A stretch of 64,000 nucleotides of DNA. It comes from an uncultured Candidatus Rokubacteria bacterium (GTDB lineage: Bacteria > Methylomirabilota > Methylomirabilia > Rokubacteriales > CSP1-6). The stretch is taken from the NCBI GenBank assembly GCA_963762145.1, contig CAVXJS010000009.1, positions 384,001 to 448,000 on the forward strand, in the 5' to 3' direction. Shown one piece after another: positions 26,137 to 36,648 of this stretch (positions within the stretch are counted from its first letter, which is position 1; each line of letters opens with the position of its first letter). The notes under the pieces were generated by a model. The model was given only the letters and a program-made list of their open reading frames with translations, made no database searches and was not told the DNA's origin. A program made the translations under genes and the position numbers.

Positions 26137-27485
26137 GGCTGTCCTCCTTTGAACGTCAGGGCCAGGAGCCCGTCGACATCGGGAAGCGCGGGCAGACGCC
26201 CGAGGGTCTCGAGGAGCCGCCCGACCTGCGGGGCGGGCAGCACGACGCCGGCGAGCCGGCGGAACTTCTCCTCGACTTCTTGCCGAGAGACCGGGCGGCC
26301 CGGGGTGCCCCGGGCGGCGCGCACCGTCTCGTCGAGCACGCGCCCGTCGCGGAGCCGGACCCGTATCCGCGCCTCGGGGATACGGAGCGCCGGGTCCGCG
26401 ACCGGCCGGACCCGGCCGGCCAGCGCGACCAGGCCCGGATCGGGCGCCGCGAAGTCCGACTCCGTGGCCACGCCGCCGGTCAGCGCCAGCGCCGCACAGT
26501 ACGCGGCGCTGAACTTGGCCTCGAGCCCGGTGCGGGGCTCGGGGATCGCCGCGACCTTCACCGCGAGCGGATGCACGTGGCACTCGACCTCCTCGATCGC
26601 CTCGACGGCGGGGGCCGCGCGCTCCCGGATCGCGCGGCCGGCGTCGATCGCGGCGTGGAGCAGGTGGCACGCGGCGTAGAGCTTCGTGCTGTTGTCGAGG
26701 ATCTCGAATCGGGTACCGAGGTCCGCGAGCGCGGGGCTCAGATCGGTGACTCCGACGAACGTGCCGGGCAGCCCCGCGTGGCCGTCCAGGATGCCGGTCG
26801 GGCCGGTGAACCCCTCGCGCGCGAGCAGCGCGGCCAGGATGCCGTTCATCGCGGCCTTGCCGGGATGGAGCGGCTTGCTCATGGTGCCGAGCGATTGCTC
26901 GAGCCCCGCCGCCTGGGTGCCCGCGATCCCGAGCGCCCGCCCGAGCTGCTCGGCGGTGAGGCCCAGCAGCTTGCCGGCCGCCGTGACCGCGCCGAAGTGG
27001 CCCAGCATCGCGGTGACGTGCCAGCCCCGGTCGGCGAGCTTGGGGCCGATCACCCGCCCGATCCGCGTCTCCACCTCGAAGCCGGCCACGAACGCCTCGA
27101 TGACCGCCGCGCCCGGCCGGTGACGCCACTCGGCGATCGCGAGCGCCGCGGGAGCCACCGGCGCCGAGCCGTGGACGATCGAGGCCAGGTGCGTGTCGTC
27201 GAAGTCCAGCGCATGGCCCTGGGCGCCGTTGGCCAGCGCGGCCAGCAGCGCGCTCGTGCGCCGGCCCCGCCCGATGACCGTCGCCTGCGGGTCGCCGCCG
27301 GTCGCGCCCACCACCGCGTCGAGCGCGGCGGCGAGCGGCTCGGTCGAGCCGCGGACGGCGGCGCCGAGCCAATCGGTGAGGCAGAGCCCCGCGGCCTCGG
27401 TGACGGCGGCAGGGAGCGACCGGAGGTCGAGCGCCAGCACGAACTCGACCAGCGCGTCCGCCACCGGCGTGCCCCGGTCGCTCAT
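26133..27485 (-). CDS. MmgE/PrpD family protein
   Basis: HALDFDDTH, GWHVT, KPLHPG and AKFS motifs. Confidence 0.92.
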   Translation of the reverse strand: MSDRGTPVADALVEFVLALDLRSLPAAVTEAAGLCLTDWLGAAVRGSTEPLAAALDAVVGATGGDPQATVIGRGRRTSALLAALANGAQGHALDFDDTHLASIVHGSAPVAPAALAIAEWRHRPGAAVIEAFVAGFEVETRIGRVIGPKLADRGWHVTAMLGHFGAVTAAGKLLGLTAEQLGRALGIAGTQAAGLEQSLGTMSKPLHPGKAAMNGILAALLAREGFTGPTGILDGHAGLPGTFVGVTDLSPALADLGTRFEILDNSTKLYAACHLLHAAIDAGRAIRERAAPAVEAIEEVECHVHPLAVKVAAIPEPRTGLEAKFSAAYCAALALTGGVATESDFAAPDPGLVALAGRVRPVADPALRIPEARIRVRLRDGRVLDETVRAARGTPGRPVSRQEVEEKFRRLAGVVLPAPQVGRLLETLGRLPALPDVDGLLALTFKGGQP

Positions 27486-28153
27486 GGGACGATCACGTGC
27501 TCGGTGGTGATGATGATCGGCAGGTCGCCGGGCGCGATGAAGTTCGGCTCGTCGGCCCGGACGCGCGCGTACTGGGCGGTCGCGGCCGACGCGCGCATCG
27601 CCTGCGTGTCGTCGAACCACGTGATGGCCAGGCCGTCGTACGCGGGGGTGCGCCCGCGCTCGTAGGCCGACTGGCGCGTGGGGCTCTGCACGTACCGCCG
27701 GATCATCGGGATCCGCGCCGCGAGCGGACCATGCACGTCCTTCCAGTAGCGCCGGAACTCGTCCGGCCCGAGGCCGGGCTTCCGGGTGACGAACTCGACG
27801 TTCTTCGCGGCCCCGGGCGGCACCGGATCGTCCTTGATCACGTGCTCGTCGGTGACGATCACACGCTTCGTCGAGGAGTCCATGAAGCGGGGCTCGTCGG
27901 CCTCGACCGCGGCCAGCGCGTCGGTGCCCCGGAGGGCGTGCATCGCGCCGCTGTCGTCGAACCAGACCTCGGCGATGCCGTCGTAGATCGGCTCGCCCTT
28001 CCGGTAGCCGCCCGGCCGTGTGTGCGACTGCACGTATCGCCGCAGGCCCGGCAGCCGTACGACCACCGCGGGATGACGGTCGCGCCAGTAGGCCTGGAAC
28101 TCCTCCACCGGCATCCCCGCCTTCCGCTTCAAGCACGTCACGACCTTGATCAC
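27482..28153 (-). CDS. tandem EthD-domain protein
   Basis: Two repeats of EF..YW...H...RRYVQS...YDG.A..WFDD. Confidence 0.88.
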   Translation of the reverse strand: MIKVVTCLKRKAGMPVEEFQAYWRDRHPAVVVRLPGLRRYVQSHTRPGGYRKGEPIYDGIAEVWFDDSGAMHALRGTDALAAVEADEPRFMDSSTKRVIVTDEHVIKDDPVPPGAAKNVEFVTRKPGLGPDEFRRYWKDVHGPLAARIPMIRRYVQSPTRQSAYERGRTPAYDGLAITWFDDTQAMRASAATAQYARVRADEPNFIAPGDLPIIITTEHVIVP

Positions 28154-28215
28154 GCGGGGACTATAGCAGCCGGCCGCGCCTTGACGCCACCGCGGGCGCC
28201 GTGCAGTATCGGCCC

Positions 28216-29358
28216 ATGCCCGAGGCCGCCACGGGACGAGTCGTCGATGCCGACGGTCACGTGCTGGAGCCCGCCGACACCTGGGTCCGGTACCTCGACC
28301 CGTCGTACCGGGATCGCGCCATCCGCATCGCCACCGACGCGGACGGCTACGAGGTGCTGCTGATCGACGGCCGGCCCCTCAAGACGCTGCGAGGCCAGCT
28401 CGGCTCGCTCGGCGGCATCGAGATGGACATGGAGCGCCTGCTGACCCGGGGGCAGGTGACCTACGCCGAGGGCAGCCCGCCCGGCGGCTACGATCCGCAC
28501 GCACGGCTTGCCGTCATGGACGCGGAGGGCATCGACAGCGTCCTGCTGTACCCGACCATCGGCATCTGCTGGGAAGGACACGTCAGCGATCCGGGCCTGG
28601 CCACCGCATACACCCGGGCCTACAATCGCTGGCTCGCCGAGTTCTGCCGCGCCGACCCGAAGCGCCTGCACCCGGTCGCCCACATCTCGCTGCTGGACGC
28701 CGAGGGCGCCGTCGAGGAGACGCTGCGCGCCCGCGCGGAGGGGTGCGTGGGCGTCTTCCTCTCGCCGGACGTCGCGGCCCGGGGCGGCCGTCACTTCGAC
28801 GACCCCGCCTTCGCCCGGTTCTGGGAGACGGTGCAGGATCTCGAGATGCCGGTCGCGTTCCACGTGGTGGTGCGCGACCATCAGTGGTTCCGCCCGTGGC
28901 AGCGGTACGATCCCTCGGACGGGCTGTTCGGCTTCGCGTTCCTGGCCATCGACGTCATGGCGGCCTTCACGCAGATGCTGACTTCCGGCATGTTCGAGCG
29001 ATACCCGCGCCTGCGGTGCGCGGTGCTGGAGGCGGGATCGAACTGGATCGCCTCCTGGCTCGACCGGCTCGACCACAAGCATCGCGTGATGGCCCACCGC
29101 ACGCCGATCCGCATGGCCCCGAGCGCCTACTTCTATCGCCAGTGTCTGATCTCGGCCGACCCGGACGAGTCGCTGACCGCCCAGATGGTCGAGCACCTGG
29201 GGGCGGACTACTTCATCTGGGCCTCGGACTATCCCCACATCGACGCGTCGATGGGCGTCGTCCGGGAGCTACGCGAGCGGCTCGCGCCTCTCCCCGCCGA
29301 GGCGCGCCGGAAGGTGCTGGGCGACAACGCGCTCCGCTTCTACAAGCTGGCCGGCTGA
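28216..29358 (+). CDS. amidohydrolase family 2 protein
   Basis: VDADGHV, LYPT, LEAG and WASDYPH motifs. Confidence 0.92.
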   Translation: MPEAATGRVVDADGHVLEPADTWVRYLDPSYRDRAIRIATDADGYEVLLIDGRPLKTLRGQLGSLGGIEMDMERLLTRGQVTYAEGSPPGGYDPHARLAVMDAEGIDSVLLYPTIGICWEGHVSDPGLATAYTRAYNRWLAEFCRADPKRLHPVAHISLLDAEGAVEETLRARAEGCVGVFLSPDVAARGGRHFDDPAFARFWETVQDLEMPVAFHVVVRDHQWFRPWQRYDPSDGLFGFAFLAIDVMAAFTQMLTSGMFERYPRLRCAVLEAGSNWIASWLDRLDHKHRVMAHRTPIRMAPSAYFYRQCLISADPDESLTAQMVEHLGADYFIWASDYPHIDASMGVVRELRERLAPLPAEARRKVLGDNALRFYKLAG

Positions 29359-29624
29359 TCCCCCGCCCCGCCCACCCGACGAGCGGGCCCTGGCTGAGGC
29401 GCCTGGATGATCTCGCCGGGCCGTCTCGCCAGGAGGCGCGCCGCGACCACCGAGACGACCAGGAGGACGGACAGCGCCGGCCAGCGGAGCGCCAGGCGCA
29501 GCGCGCTCGCGGCGGCGAGACGACTCAGGAGGGCCCCGCCCGGCCTCCGGGGCCGGACCACGCCGAGCGTCGCGTCGATGCGATCCATCATCCGGCTCCG
29601 GATCGCGCTGGTGAGGATGCTCAT
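29340..29624 (-). CDS. small hypothetical membrane protein
   Basis: ATGA overlap with the upstream small ORF and one hydrophobic helix. Confidence 0.35.
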   Translation of the reverse strand: MSILTSAIRSRMMDRIDATLGVVRPRRPGGALLSRLAAASALRLALRWPALSVLLVVSVVAARLLARRPGEIIQAPQPGPARRVGGAGDQPASL

Positions 29625-29872
29625 CCCACGTTCCTGGACCCTTCTGCGGTACCGCCCGTGCGAACCCGCTCCCGGGCCGATTCGAGTCGCGAGGACAGCT
29701 GCGCCTTGGCCTGATCGAGCAGCACCTCGGACTTCTCCTGCATCGTCCGGAGCAGCCCGTCGATCGTGTCCCGCGTCGGCCCCGAGTTTCCGTTCACGTA
29801 TTCGCGGAGCGTGTCCCGGTACTTCCACAAGACCATCCCACCTGCGACTGCCACGAGGACTCTGCCCAGCAT
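29621..29872 (-). CDS. small membrane-anchored coiled-coil protein (YtxH-like)
   Basis: AAGGAGG RBS, N-terminal TM segment, then an amphipathic helix. Confidence 0.55.
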   Translation of the reverse strand: MLGRVLVAVAGGMVLWKYRDTLREYVNGNSGPTRDTIDGLLRTMQEKSEVLLDQAKAQLSSRLESARERVRTGGTAEGSRNVG

Positions 29873-29901
29873 GTGTAGCCTCCTTGAGTTGAGCGGTTGA
29901 G

Positions 29902-30417
29902 TTAGAACTTCCAGCGCGTCTGGCTGAACTCCTTGCCCTTCCGGAAGCCGAACGCGGTCATCGGGGCGAGCCCGTAGACCACCACGGGGCTCGCGCCGCC
30001 GGGTGCGCTCGCGTGAAAGAAGAATCCGTCGCGGACCTCGAAGCGCCAGTCGCTGCCATACTTGGACTCGTACGATTCCGCGATCCGTCGAAGCTCCACG
30101 TCATTGCTCACGCGCACCGCGTCACCTTCGACCACGAGGTCGAGACCGTGATCGAAGTCACTACAGCCGGTGGTCAGGATGCAGTGCGGGTTGCGCTCGA
30201 GGTTCTTGGCCTTCCGCTCGTTCTGCCCGGTACAGAAGTACAGGGCGTCGTCCAGCCATACCGAGATGAGGGGCGTCACGTGAGGCCGGCCGTCGGGACG
30301 GACCGTGGACACCCAGAAGACGGCCGCCTCCTGTAAGTGCTTCCGGGCCTCGGGCCACGGGGTCGCGGGCGCGCCCGGGCTGCTGTATCGCGGATCCAGC
30401 TTGGTCGTCGGTTCCAT
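29902..30417 (-). CDS. pyridoxamine 5'-phosphate oxidase-family (PPOX) protein
   Basis: WVSTVRPDGRPHVTP and KAKNLERNP motifs. Confidence 0.88.
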   Translation of the reverse strand: MEPTTKLDPRYSSPGAPATPWPEARKHLQEAAVFWVSTVRPDGRPHVTPLISVWLDDALYFCTGQNERKAKNLERNPHCILTTGCSDFDHGLDLVVEGDAVRVSNDVELRRIAESYESKYGSDWRFEVRDGFFFHASAPGGASPVVVYGLAPMTAFGFRKGKEFSQTRWKF

Positions 30418-30441
30418 GGTCGCGGCCTCCCTCCCGGAGGG

Positions 30442-30457
30442 AGCAAGGCCCGTGCCG
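30442..30457 (-). promoter_or_regulatory. sigma54 -24/-12 motif
   Basis: CGGCAC-GGGCC-TTGCT on the minus strand just upstream of the PPOX gene. Confidence 0.5.
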
Positions 30458-30551
30458 CCACGAGAACCGCCTTCTTCTACAGATTCGGCTCGATTCTGAA
30501 CCCACGAGGAGGCCGCCGGCGCCCCCGTCGGTAGGAAGGAGCCAGACCTTT

Positions 30552-31304
30552 CTACACGGTGCGATCCACCACGCTCAGACCTTCCAGGGCGAGGCCGTAG
30601 CCCAGATAGTCGACGAGCTGCTTCTTGAGCGGCTGGGTGAACAGCACGCGCGTGTAGCGGAGGAGAAGCGCGGGCTGCCGCGCGATCTGCTCGGCGAGCG
30701 CCCAGGCGCGGGGCAGCAGATCGGGCCGCGGGAGCAGCTCGCTGACCAGTCCCAGCTCGAGGGCCTTCGCCGCGTCGAGGATCTGCCCGGTCAGCAGAAA
30801 GTACCGGCCTCGGTTCCAGCCCAGCAGCAGAGGGTAGATGATGTGCATGCCGTCGCCCGGCACCATGCCGTTCGGGAAATGCGCCGAGTCCTGGAACCGG
30901 ACGTCATCGGCGGCCAGCACGATGTCGCACAGCAGCGGGATCTCGGAGTGCCGCCACGCCGGCCCGTTGATCGCGCTGATCATCGGGACCTCGATGTCGA
31001 GCAGGCTCATCAGCAGGTGCTTGCCCTCCCAGTAGACGCGATCCCACTGGGCCGGTGTGCTGCGCATGCCGGTGCCCCCCGCGGCCTGGGGCCCGGAGAA
31101 CACGTCGCCGGTACCCGTGAGGATGACGACCTTGTTCTCGGGATCGGCGCCCACATCGCGGAAGGCCTGGGGAAACTCGCCGTGGGGCAGCAGCCCCCAC
31201 TGGAGCGGCCCGCCGTCGGTGTGGAAGGTCATCTGGAGGATGCCGTCGCGGCGCTCCATGCGAATGGTCCGGTACTTCGTCGCGTAGTCGGTGAGACGCG
31301 TCAT
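30552..31304 (-). CDS. crotonase superfamily, 6-oxocamphor/beta-diketone hydrolase-like
   Basis: VILTGTG, PMISAINGPAWRHSE, QDSAHF and VPGDG motifs. Confidence 0.85.
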   Translation of the reverse strand: MTRLTDYATKYRTIRMERRDGILQMTFHTDGGPLQWGLLPHGEFPQAFRDVGADPENKVVILTGTGDVFSGPQAAGGTGMRSTPAQWDRVYWEGKHLLMSLLDIEVPMISAINGPAWRHSEIPLLCDIVLAADDVRFQDSAHFPNGMVPGDGMHIIYPLLLGWNRGRYFLLTGQILDAAKALELGLVSELLPRPDLLPRAWALAEQIARQPALLLRYTRVLFTQPLKKQLVDYLGYGLALEGLSVVDRTV

Positions 31305-31409
31305 GATAATCTCTCCAGGATCTGTCCATTTGCGGCGGTCCAGGTGGAGCCGACGCGGTTTGCGTCCGCCGAGTACTATACGCGACCATATGACACGAGG
31401 AAGATCTCG

Positions 31410-31901
31410 ATGAGCCTGGCGCAGACGGTGAAGCGCGAGCTGAAGGAAGTGGGACTGGTGACGGTCTACTTCCTCGTCTGCTTCGGCATCATGCTCTTGC
31501 TGAAGAAGCTGGTTCTCGCGGAATACGACGTGGAGTTCTACGCCCTGTGGGCGGTGGTCGTCGGTGCACTCGTGGCCGCGAAGGTCGTCGTGATTCTCGA
31601 CAAGACGCGGGTCGGGACCCGGTTCGACGAGAGCCACTCGGTCGGCGTCGCGGCCATCTACAAGACGGCCTGGTACGCGGTCGCGACGTTCATCGTTCTC
31701 TTCGCGGAGAAGCTCTTCCACGCCTATCCCGAGACGGGAGCGCTCGGCCCGGCGGTCGTGGACGTGTGGGAGAATCGAGACCGCAACGTCATGCTCGCCA
31801 AGGTGATCGTCATCGGGATCGCCTACGTCGGGTATCACCTCTACGCCGGGGTCGATCGCCGGCTGGGCCAGGGCAAGCTCTGGCGGACGATCTGGAGCTA
31901 G
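31410..31901 (+). CDS. hypothetical 4-TM membrane protein
   Basis: Four hydrophobic segments, GAGGA RBS and coding-like codon usage. Confidence 0.7.
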   Translation: MSLAQTVKRELKEVGLVTVYFLVCFGIMLLLKKLVLAEYDVEFYALWAVVVGALVAAKVVVILDKTRVGTRFDESHSVGVAAIYKTAWYAVATFIVLFAEKLFHAYPETGALGPAVVDVWENRDRNVMLAKVIVIGIAYVGYHLYAGVDRRLGQGKLWRTIWS

Positions 31902-31944
31902 CCGAGACGTCGAGCGCGAGGCTATTGGCTCTGTCGGTCGCCCG

Positions 31945-33252
31945 GTGAGAGGGCCCGCGGACCCGACCGCGCGCCCCGGCTGGCGGGCGCGGCTCGCCGA
32001 TCCGATGACGGGCGCGGTGCTCGCGCTCGGCATCACCCAGATCACCGCCTGGGGGACGAGCTACTACTGTCTCGGCGTGCTGGCGGGGCCGATCAGCCGG
32101 GACACCGGCTGGAGCCGGGGCTTCGTCTTCCTCGGCTTCACGGTGGCCCTGCTCGCCATGGGGATCGTCTCGAACGCGGTGGGCCGGGCCATCGACCGGC
32201 ACGGCGGGCGCGCGGTCATGACGCTCGGCACCGTCCTCGTGTCCGCGGGCCTGTTCGGCCTCGCGCATGTCCGGAGCGAGGCGACGTACCTGGCGGTGTG
32301 GGTGTTCCTCGGCCTCGGCATGCGGCTCTGCCTCTACGACGCCGCGTTCGCCGCCCTGGTGCAGGTCGTCCCCTCGAGGGGGCGGAAGGCGATCTCCTAC
32401 CTCACACTGTTCGGCGCGTTCGCCTCGTCGGTGTTCTGGGTGGTCGGCCACGCCCTGGAAGAGCAGGTGGGCTGGCGACAGACCCTCGTCCTGTTCGCCC
32501 TCATCAATTTGGTGGTGTGCCTGCCCCTGCACTGGCTGGGCCTCGCCCGGCGCGAGGACGCCGAGGGCGTCGCCAGGCCGACCGGCGCCCCCTCGGCGTC
32601 CCCCGACGGCCCCCCGCTCGAGGGCCGCGCGCGCTCGGTCGCCATCGCGCTCTTCGCCCTCATCATGTCGCTCAACGGGTTCGTGTTCGGCGTCATCTCG
32701 GTGCAGCTCGTCCCGCTGCTGGAAGCGGCGGGCCTGGCGACGGCGGCCGCGGTCTGGATCGCCTCGCTGAAGGGCGTCGCCCAGTTCGGCGGGCGGGTGG
32801 TCGAGATCGTGTTCGCGCGCAACCTGCGGGCGATCACGGTGGGCCGCATCGCGATCGGCGTGCTGCCTCCGTCCCTGCTCCTGCTGCTGCTCGGCACCGG
32901 AAGCCTGCCGATGGTCCTGGCGTTCACGCTGGTCATGGGCGCGTCCCAGGGCGTCATCACCATCATCCGGGGCGCGGTGCCGCTGGCGCTGTTCGGCGCG
33001 AAGGGCTACGGCGCGGTGCTCGGCGCCATCGCCACGCCGGTGCTCGTCGTCAGCGCGGCCTCGCCCACCGCCTTCGCCTGGATCGTGGACCGCTGGGGCT
33101 GGGGGACGGCGCGCGTGGTGCTCCTGGTGAGCTGCTCCGCCGCGTGGCTCGCGATGGAGCTGATGTCGCGCTGGTACGAGCGCCAGCGCGGGGCCGACTC
33201 ACCGCGGGCGGAACCGCCGCCTGAGCCGCCGCCCCGCCGAGGCCAGCGCTGA
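31945..33252 (+). CDS. MFS transporter
   Basis: About 12 TM helices, ITQITAWGTSYY and GRAIDRHGGR (motif A). Confidence 0.9.
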   Translation: MRGPADPTARPGWRARLADPMTGAVLALGITQITAWGTSYYCLGVLAGPISRDTGWSRGFVFLGFTVALLAMGIVSNAVGRAIDRHGGRAVMTLGTVLVSAGLFGLAHVRSEATYLAVWVFLGLGMRLCLYDAAFAALVQVVPSRGRKAISYLTLFGAFASSVFWVVGHALEEQVGWRQTLVLFALINLVVCLPLHWLGLARREDAEGVARPTGAPSASPDGPPLEGRARSVAIALFALIMSLNGFVFGVISVQLVPLLEAAGLATAAAVWIASLKGVAQFGGRVVEIVFARNLRAITVGRIAIGVLPPSLLLLLLGTGSLPMVLAFTLVMGASQGVITIIRGAVPLALFGAKGYGAVLGAIATPVLVVSAASPTAFAWIVDRWGWGTARVVLLVSCSAAWLAMELMSRWYERQRGADSPRAEPPPEPPPRRGQR

Positions 33253-34755
33253 AGGAAGCTTCCCCCGCCGCCACTGATCGGAAGGCTCTTCGAGGGCGGC
33301 CGCGTCCGCGCCGTCGGGATCGGCAGGATCGAACGGCAGGCTCTGTGGATCGAGCCACTCCATCGCCGCGCGCTGGCCGGGGCTCGGTGGGCCGTGGCGG
33401 CGCAGGCGCGACTGGTCAGCCAAGGCATCCAGCCGGCCCACCAGCCCCGGCATCGGGCCGAACGCCTCCAGGGCGCCCCGGTGCTGGCCACTATGCTCGG
33501 CGAGGAGGCTGACTCGGATATCTCGGATGCTGGCACCCAACTCCGACGAGGCATCGTCGGCACCCGTCTCCCAGCTCGCATGCAGCTCGCTGTCGACACC
33601 CATGCTCCGATTCGTCAGGTTGGCGGACCCGACGCTCAAGAAGCGATCGTCGACGATCAGGAGCTTGGAGTGGATGTAGGTCGCCGGGAAGGCTTCCGCC
33701 TTGCCCTCGGGACGGGACCAGTAGAGCCCCAAGGGATGCCCGGTCGCGCCGGCCACCTCGCGGAGCTTCTCGAGGATCTCCGCCTGTCGAAGCCCTACCG
33801 CGAGCTCCTCCTTCATGGCTTCGGCCCGCTCGTTCACGATCACCACGATCTCCAGCTTCGGACGACCGGCGGCCTGCATGCGGGCCACGAGGGCGCGGAA
33901 TATCCGCCGGCTGCTGAAGTACTGGGTCTCCGCGTACACGCACTGCTCCGCGGCATCGATCGCATCGACGAGAAGCTCCTCGACCTCCCGCACACCCTTG
34001 GGCCGCCGGGGGTCGGTGCGGCTCAGGGCGACCGCCCCGCCCGGCAACGGCAGCAATCCCTCCGGCCGCTCGAAGCACGGCGACTCCGGAGCCGGCGACA
34101 GGACGAGTCGGTCGCCGCCGGCGCGAGCCCAGCGCTCGCCGAACAGCTCTACGAGGGCGGTGGGCGCGTCGCCTCCGGCCAGGAATGCCTGCACCTCATG
34201 ATAGGGTTTCTGCGGTCGCCCACGGCTGTACCGGAGTGGGTGCTCGGCGAGGTGCCGCCGATCGTCCCAGCGCGCCTCGCACACGTCCATGCCGCCGAGA
34301 AAGGCCACCGCGCCGTCGATGACAATGAACTTCTGGTGGTGCGACCCTCCGTCGACCTCGCACGTGTCGAAACGAAAATGCAGGCGCGCGTTGGTCATCC
34401 AGTGAAAGTAGACCCGCTGCCACCATTCGCGCTCGAGGGCCAGCACCGGGTGGAAGTCCCAGGCCAGGAGGTAAATGCGAAGCGTCGGCCTCCGTTCGCA
34501 CAGGCCGTTGAGGAACTTGAGGAAACGCACTTCCTCGCCGGCGGCCACTTCATCCCCGCGCAGGAGGGGCACCCCGCTGTCGAACTGCCAGCCCGACATG
34601 ACGATGTAGTGCTCGGCGCGGCGCGCCGACCGGTAAAAGGCGCGGTAGTAGTCAGCGCCGTCCACCAGGACCCCGGCGGAAGTCGCGCCGGCGATCCGCC
34701 ATGCGTTTCGCGGCGGCTGGATGATCCGCGCTGCTTCCGTCCTCCGTGTCCTCAC
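33199..34755 (-). CDS. phospholipase D family protein
   Basis: Two HxKxxxxD motifs (HQKFIVID, HSKLLIVD) and GSANL. Confidence 0.9.
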   Translation of the reverse strand: MRTRRTEAARIIQPPRNAWRIAGATSAGVLVDGADYYRAFYRSARRAEHYIVMSGWQFDSGVPLLRGDEVAAGEEVRFLKFLNGLCERRPTLRIYLLAWDFHPVLALEREWWQRVYFHWMTNARLHFRFDTCEVDGGSHHQKFIVIDGAVAFLGGMDVCEARWDDRRHLAEHPLRYSRGRPQKPYHEVQAFLAGGDAPTALVELFGERWARAGGDRLVLSPAPESPCFERPEGLLPLPGGAVALSRTDPRRPKGVREVEELLVDAIDAAEQCVYAETQYFSSRRIFRALVARMQAAGRPKLEIVVIVNERAEAMKEELAVGLRQAEILEKLREVAGATGHPLGLYWSRPEGKAEAFPATYIHSKLLIVDDRFLSVGSANLTNRSMGVDSELHASWETGADDASSELGASIRDIRVSLLAEHSGQHRGALEAFGPMPGLVGRLDALADQSRLRRHGPPSPGQRAAMEWLDPQSLPFDPADPDGADAAALEEPSDQWRRGKLPSALASAGRRLRRRFRPR

Positions 34756-34826
34756 CGTGAGCCGGCCCCTTCGTGGCTCACGCGAGCCCGATCCCTAATC
34801 CTTGCACGCAACGACCCACCGTCTCG

Positions 34827-35474
34827 TCAGTAAGTAGCCGCCCGAGATGGCCACCAGGGCAGGACGCTCGCACGCGCGGCCGTCGGGACTCGGGCGAGGG
34901 CTGCGACCAGGTCCGGATCGGTCGCCAGGTCGTGCACGGCCCGGGCAAGCGCGGTCTCCAGGACCTCCCGCCATTGGCTCTCGTCGGGCTTGTCGACCTC
35001 TCGCCTCTTGATCCCGACGTAGCGTCGGGTCAGGAGGGTCTCCCCCGTACGCCCGTCGGCCACGGTCAAGACGATGACAACCTTCCCGACATACTGCAAG
35101 CTCGAATATCCATCGAGGGCATCGAGCCAGAACGCCTCCACGACCGTCGTGAGCACCACGTCTGGCCGGTCGGACACGACGGCGTGACCGTTCTTGCTCA
35201 CCTCGATGCCGAGCGCGTCCTGCACGATCTCGGCGACGGGCCGGCTCGTGACGAGGTCCCCGCCGCCCCTCGGCCTGCTCCCGACGCGCGCGGTCTCGAT
35301 CCGGCGATCGACGACAGGGCCGATCTGCACCCGCCGCGGGGCTGCCGACGCAAGCAGGGCTCTGTTCGCTCCCTGCTCGGGATAGCGAACATCGAGCGCG
35401 GTGCTGGTCGCGCACCCGTTGAACGCCAGCCCGGCGAGGACGATCGAGATCCGTGCGAGCTGTCGTGGTGTCAC
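34827..35474 (-). CDS. lipoprotein (YajG-like)
   Basis: Hydrophobic signal ending in FNGC, then VQIGPVVDRR. GTGA overlap with the upstream gene. Confidence 0.6.
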   Translation of the reverse strand: MTPRQLARISIVLAGLAFNGCATSTALDVRYPEQGANRALLASAAPRRVQIGPVVDRRIETARVGSRPRGGGDLVTSRPVAEIVQDALGIEVSKNGHAVVSDRPDVVLTTVVEAFWLDALDGYSSLQYVGKVVIVLTVADGRTGETLLTRRYVGIKRREVDKPDESQWREVLETALARAVHDLATDPDLVAALARVPTAARASVLPWWPSRAATY

Positions 35475-36151
35475 CGGCCGGCACTCCGTGCATACATCAG
35501 CTCGCTGGCCAGGCGCTGGCCTGCCCTCTCCAGCACGTCGACCATCTCCTGCCGGGCGAAGTTCGGATCCTTCATGAACGCGCCGGCCGGAAATGGTTCT
35601 GGAGAGGTGACGTCCTGGCTCTCCTCCCACACGATGACCCCCGTTCCCGACTGCGCCATGTGGCCGCGCACGTCCGCGAAACCCGCGAGAAGATCGGGAT
35701 CGCCGTCGCGGACCCTCACGAGTCCCCAGGTAGGCACCATCACGCGCACGACCGCGTCGTCCCGGCGCCGATCCTCGGCGGATTGCTCCCGCTCGAGAGT
35801 GCGGATCTCCTCGAACCAGCCACTCGCTCCGAGCCTTCGGGCCATGGCCGCGGCGACGACCGTCTGCGGCGAGATGCCATCGACGCTGCGAGCAATCGTG
35901 GCCCTCTGGTCGAGGGCGAGCGCCCAGTTTATGCCTTGATGAACCAGCTTGGCGAGGGGCCGCATCCAGGCCTTGGTCGGGTACCAGGCCATGATCTCGT
36001 CGAACGTGCGGCCGGGTTCGGCGTTGTGCTCCAAGACGGAAAGAGAGCTCTCACCTGTGACGACGATGGTGAGCCGCCGGACGTCGTCGAACGGACGCGC
36101 CGTGGGTCGCGCAGGAGGGGCGGAGGCACACCCCGAGAGAGACAGCACCAC
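35471..36151 (-). CDS. hypothetical lipoprotein (true start probably near 36220)
   Basis: LSGC lipobox. The upstream in-frame basic/hydrophobic signal region lacks a canonical start codon. Confidence 0.6.
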   Translation of the reverse strand: MVLSLSGCASAPPARPTARPFDDVRRLTIVVTGESSLSVLEHNAEPGRTFDEIMAWYPTKAWMRPLAKLVHQGINWALALDQRATIARSVDGISPQTVVAAAMARRLGASGWFEEIRTLEREQSAEDRRRDDAVVRVMVPTWGLVRVRDGDPDLLAGFADVRGHMAQSGTGVIVWEESQDVTSPEPFPAGAFMKDPNFARQEMVDVLERAGQRLASELMYARSAGR

Positions 36152-36283
36152 GATGGCGAGCAGGCCGGAGAGGGCGCGCCACCGCCGGCTTTCTCGGTTT
36201 CCCGGTCGAGTCTCGATGATTGAATTTCTCCCCGGAGTGGCTCTCTTCCGCCCGATCGGGCGGAAGAGAGCCGGTCCCTGGCG

Positions 36284-36643
36284 CTATCGCCCCTTTACCT
36301 TGACGTTTTGCGCGACCATCTTGCCGTCGCGAGCCACGTAGCTGACGGTGACCGCGTCGCCCTCCCGAAGCTCGGTCACTGGCCGCGTCTTGCCGTCCGC
36401 GTCGATGCGAGTGTTTCCATCGAACGCGAATGCCCACTCCCGGTCTTTCTGACCTTCCTCGTGCCCGACAAGGACAAACCCCTTGTCAGTGGCGGTCTTC
36501 ACCGACCCCGTGACACTTCGCGTGCCCATCTTCGACGGGTCCTCGCGCGTCGCGGCCGGGCCGGGCTTTGGCTGCTGCCCGATGGCCGGCGATCCAGACC
36601 ACACGAGCGCGAAAGCCAGCGCCGCCACCACTACACCACGCAT
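36284..36643 (-). CDS. small secreted OB-fold-like protein
   Basis: Signal peptide and VTGSVK...LREGDAVTVSY...AQNVKV pattern. Confidence 0.65.
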   Translation of the reverse strand: MRGVVVAALAFALVWSGSPAIGQQPKPGPAATREDPSKMGTRSVTGSVKTATDKGFVLVGHEEGQKDREWAFAFDGNTRIDADGKTRPVTELREGDAVTVSYVARDGKMVAQNVKVKGR

Positions 36644-36648
36644 GGCGC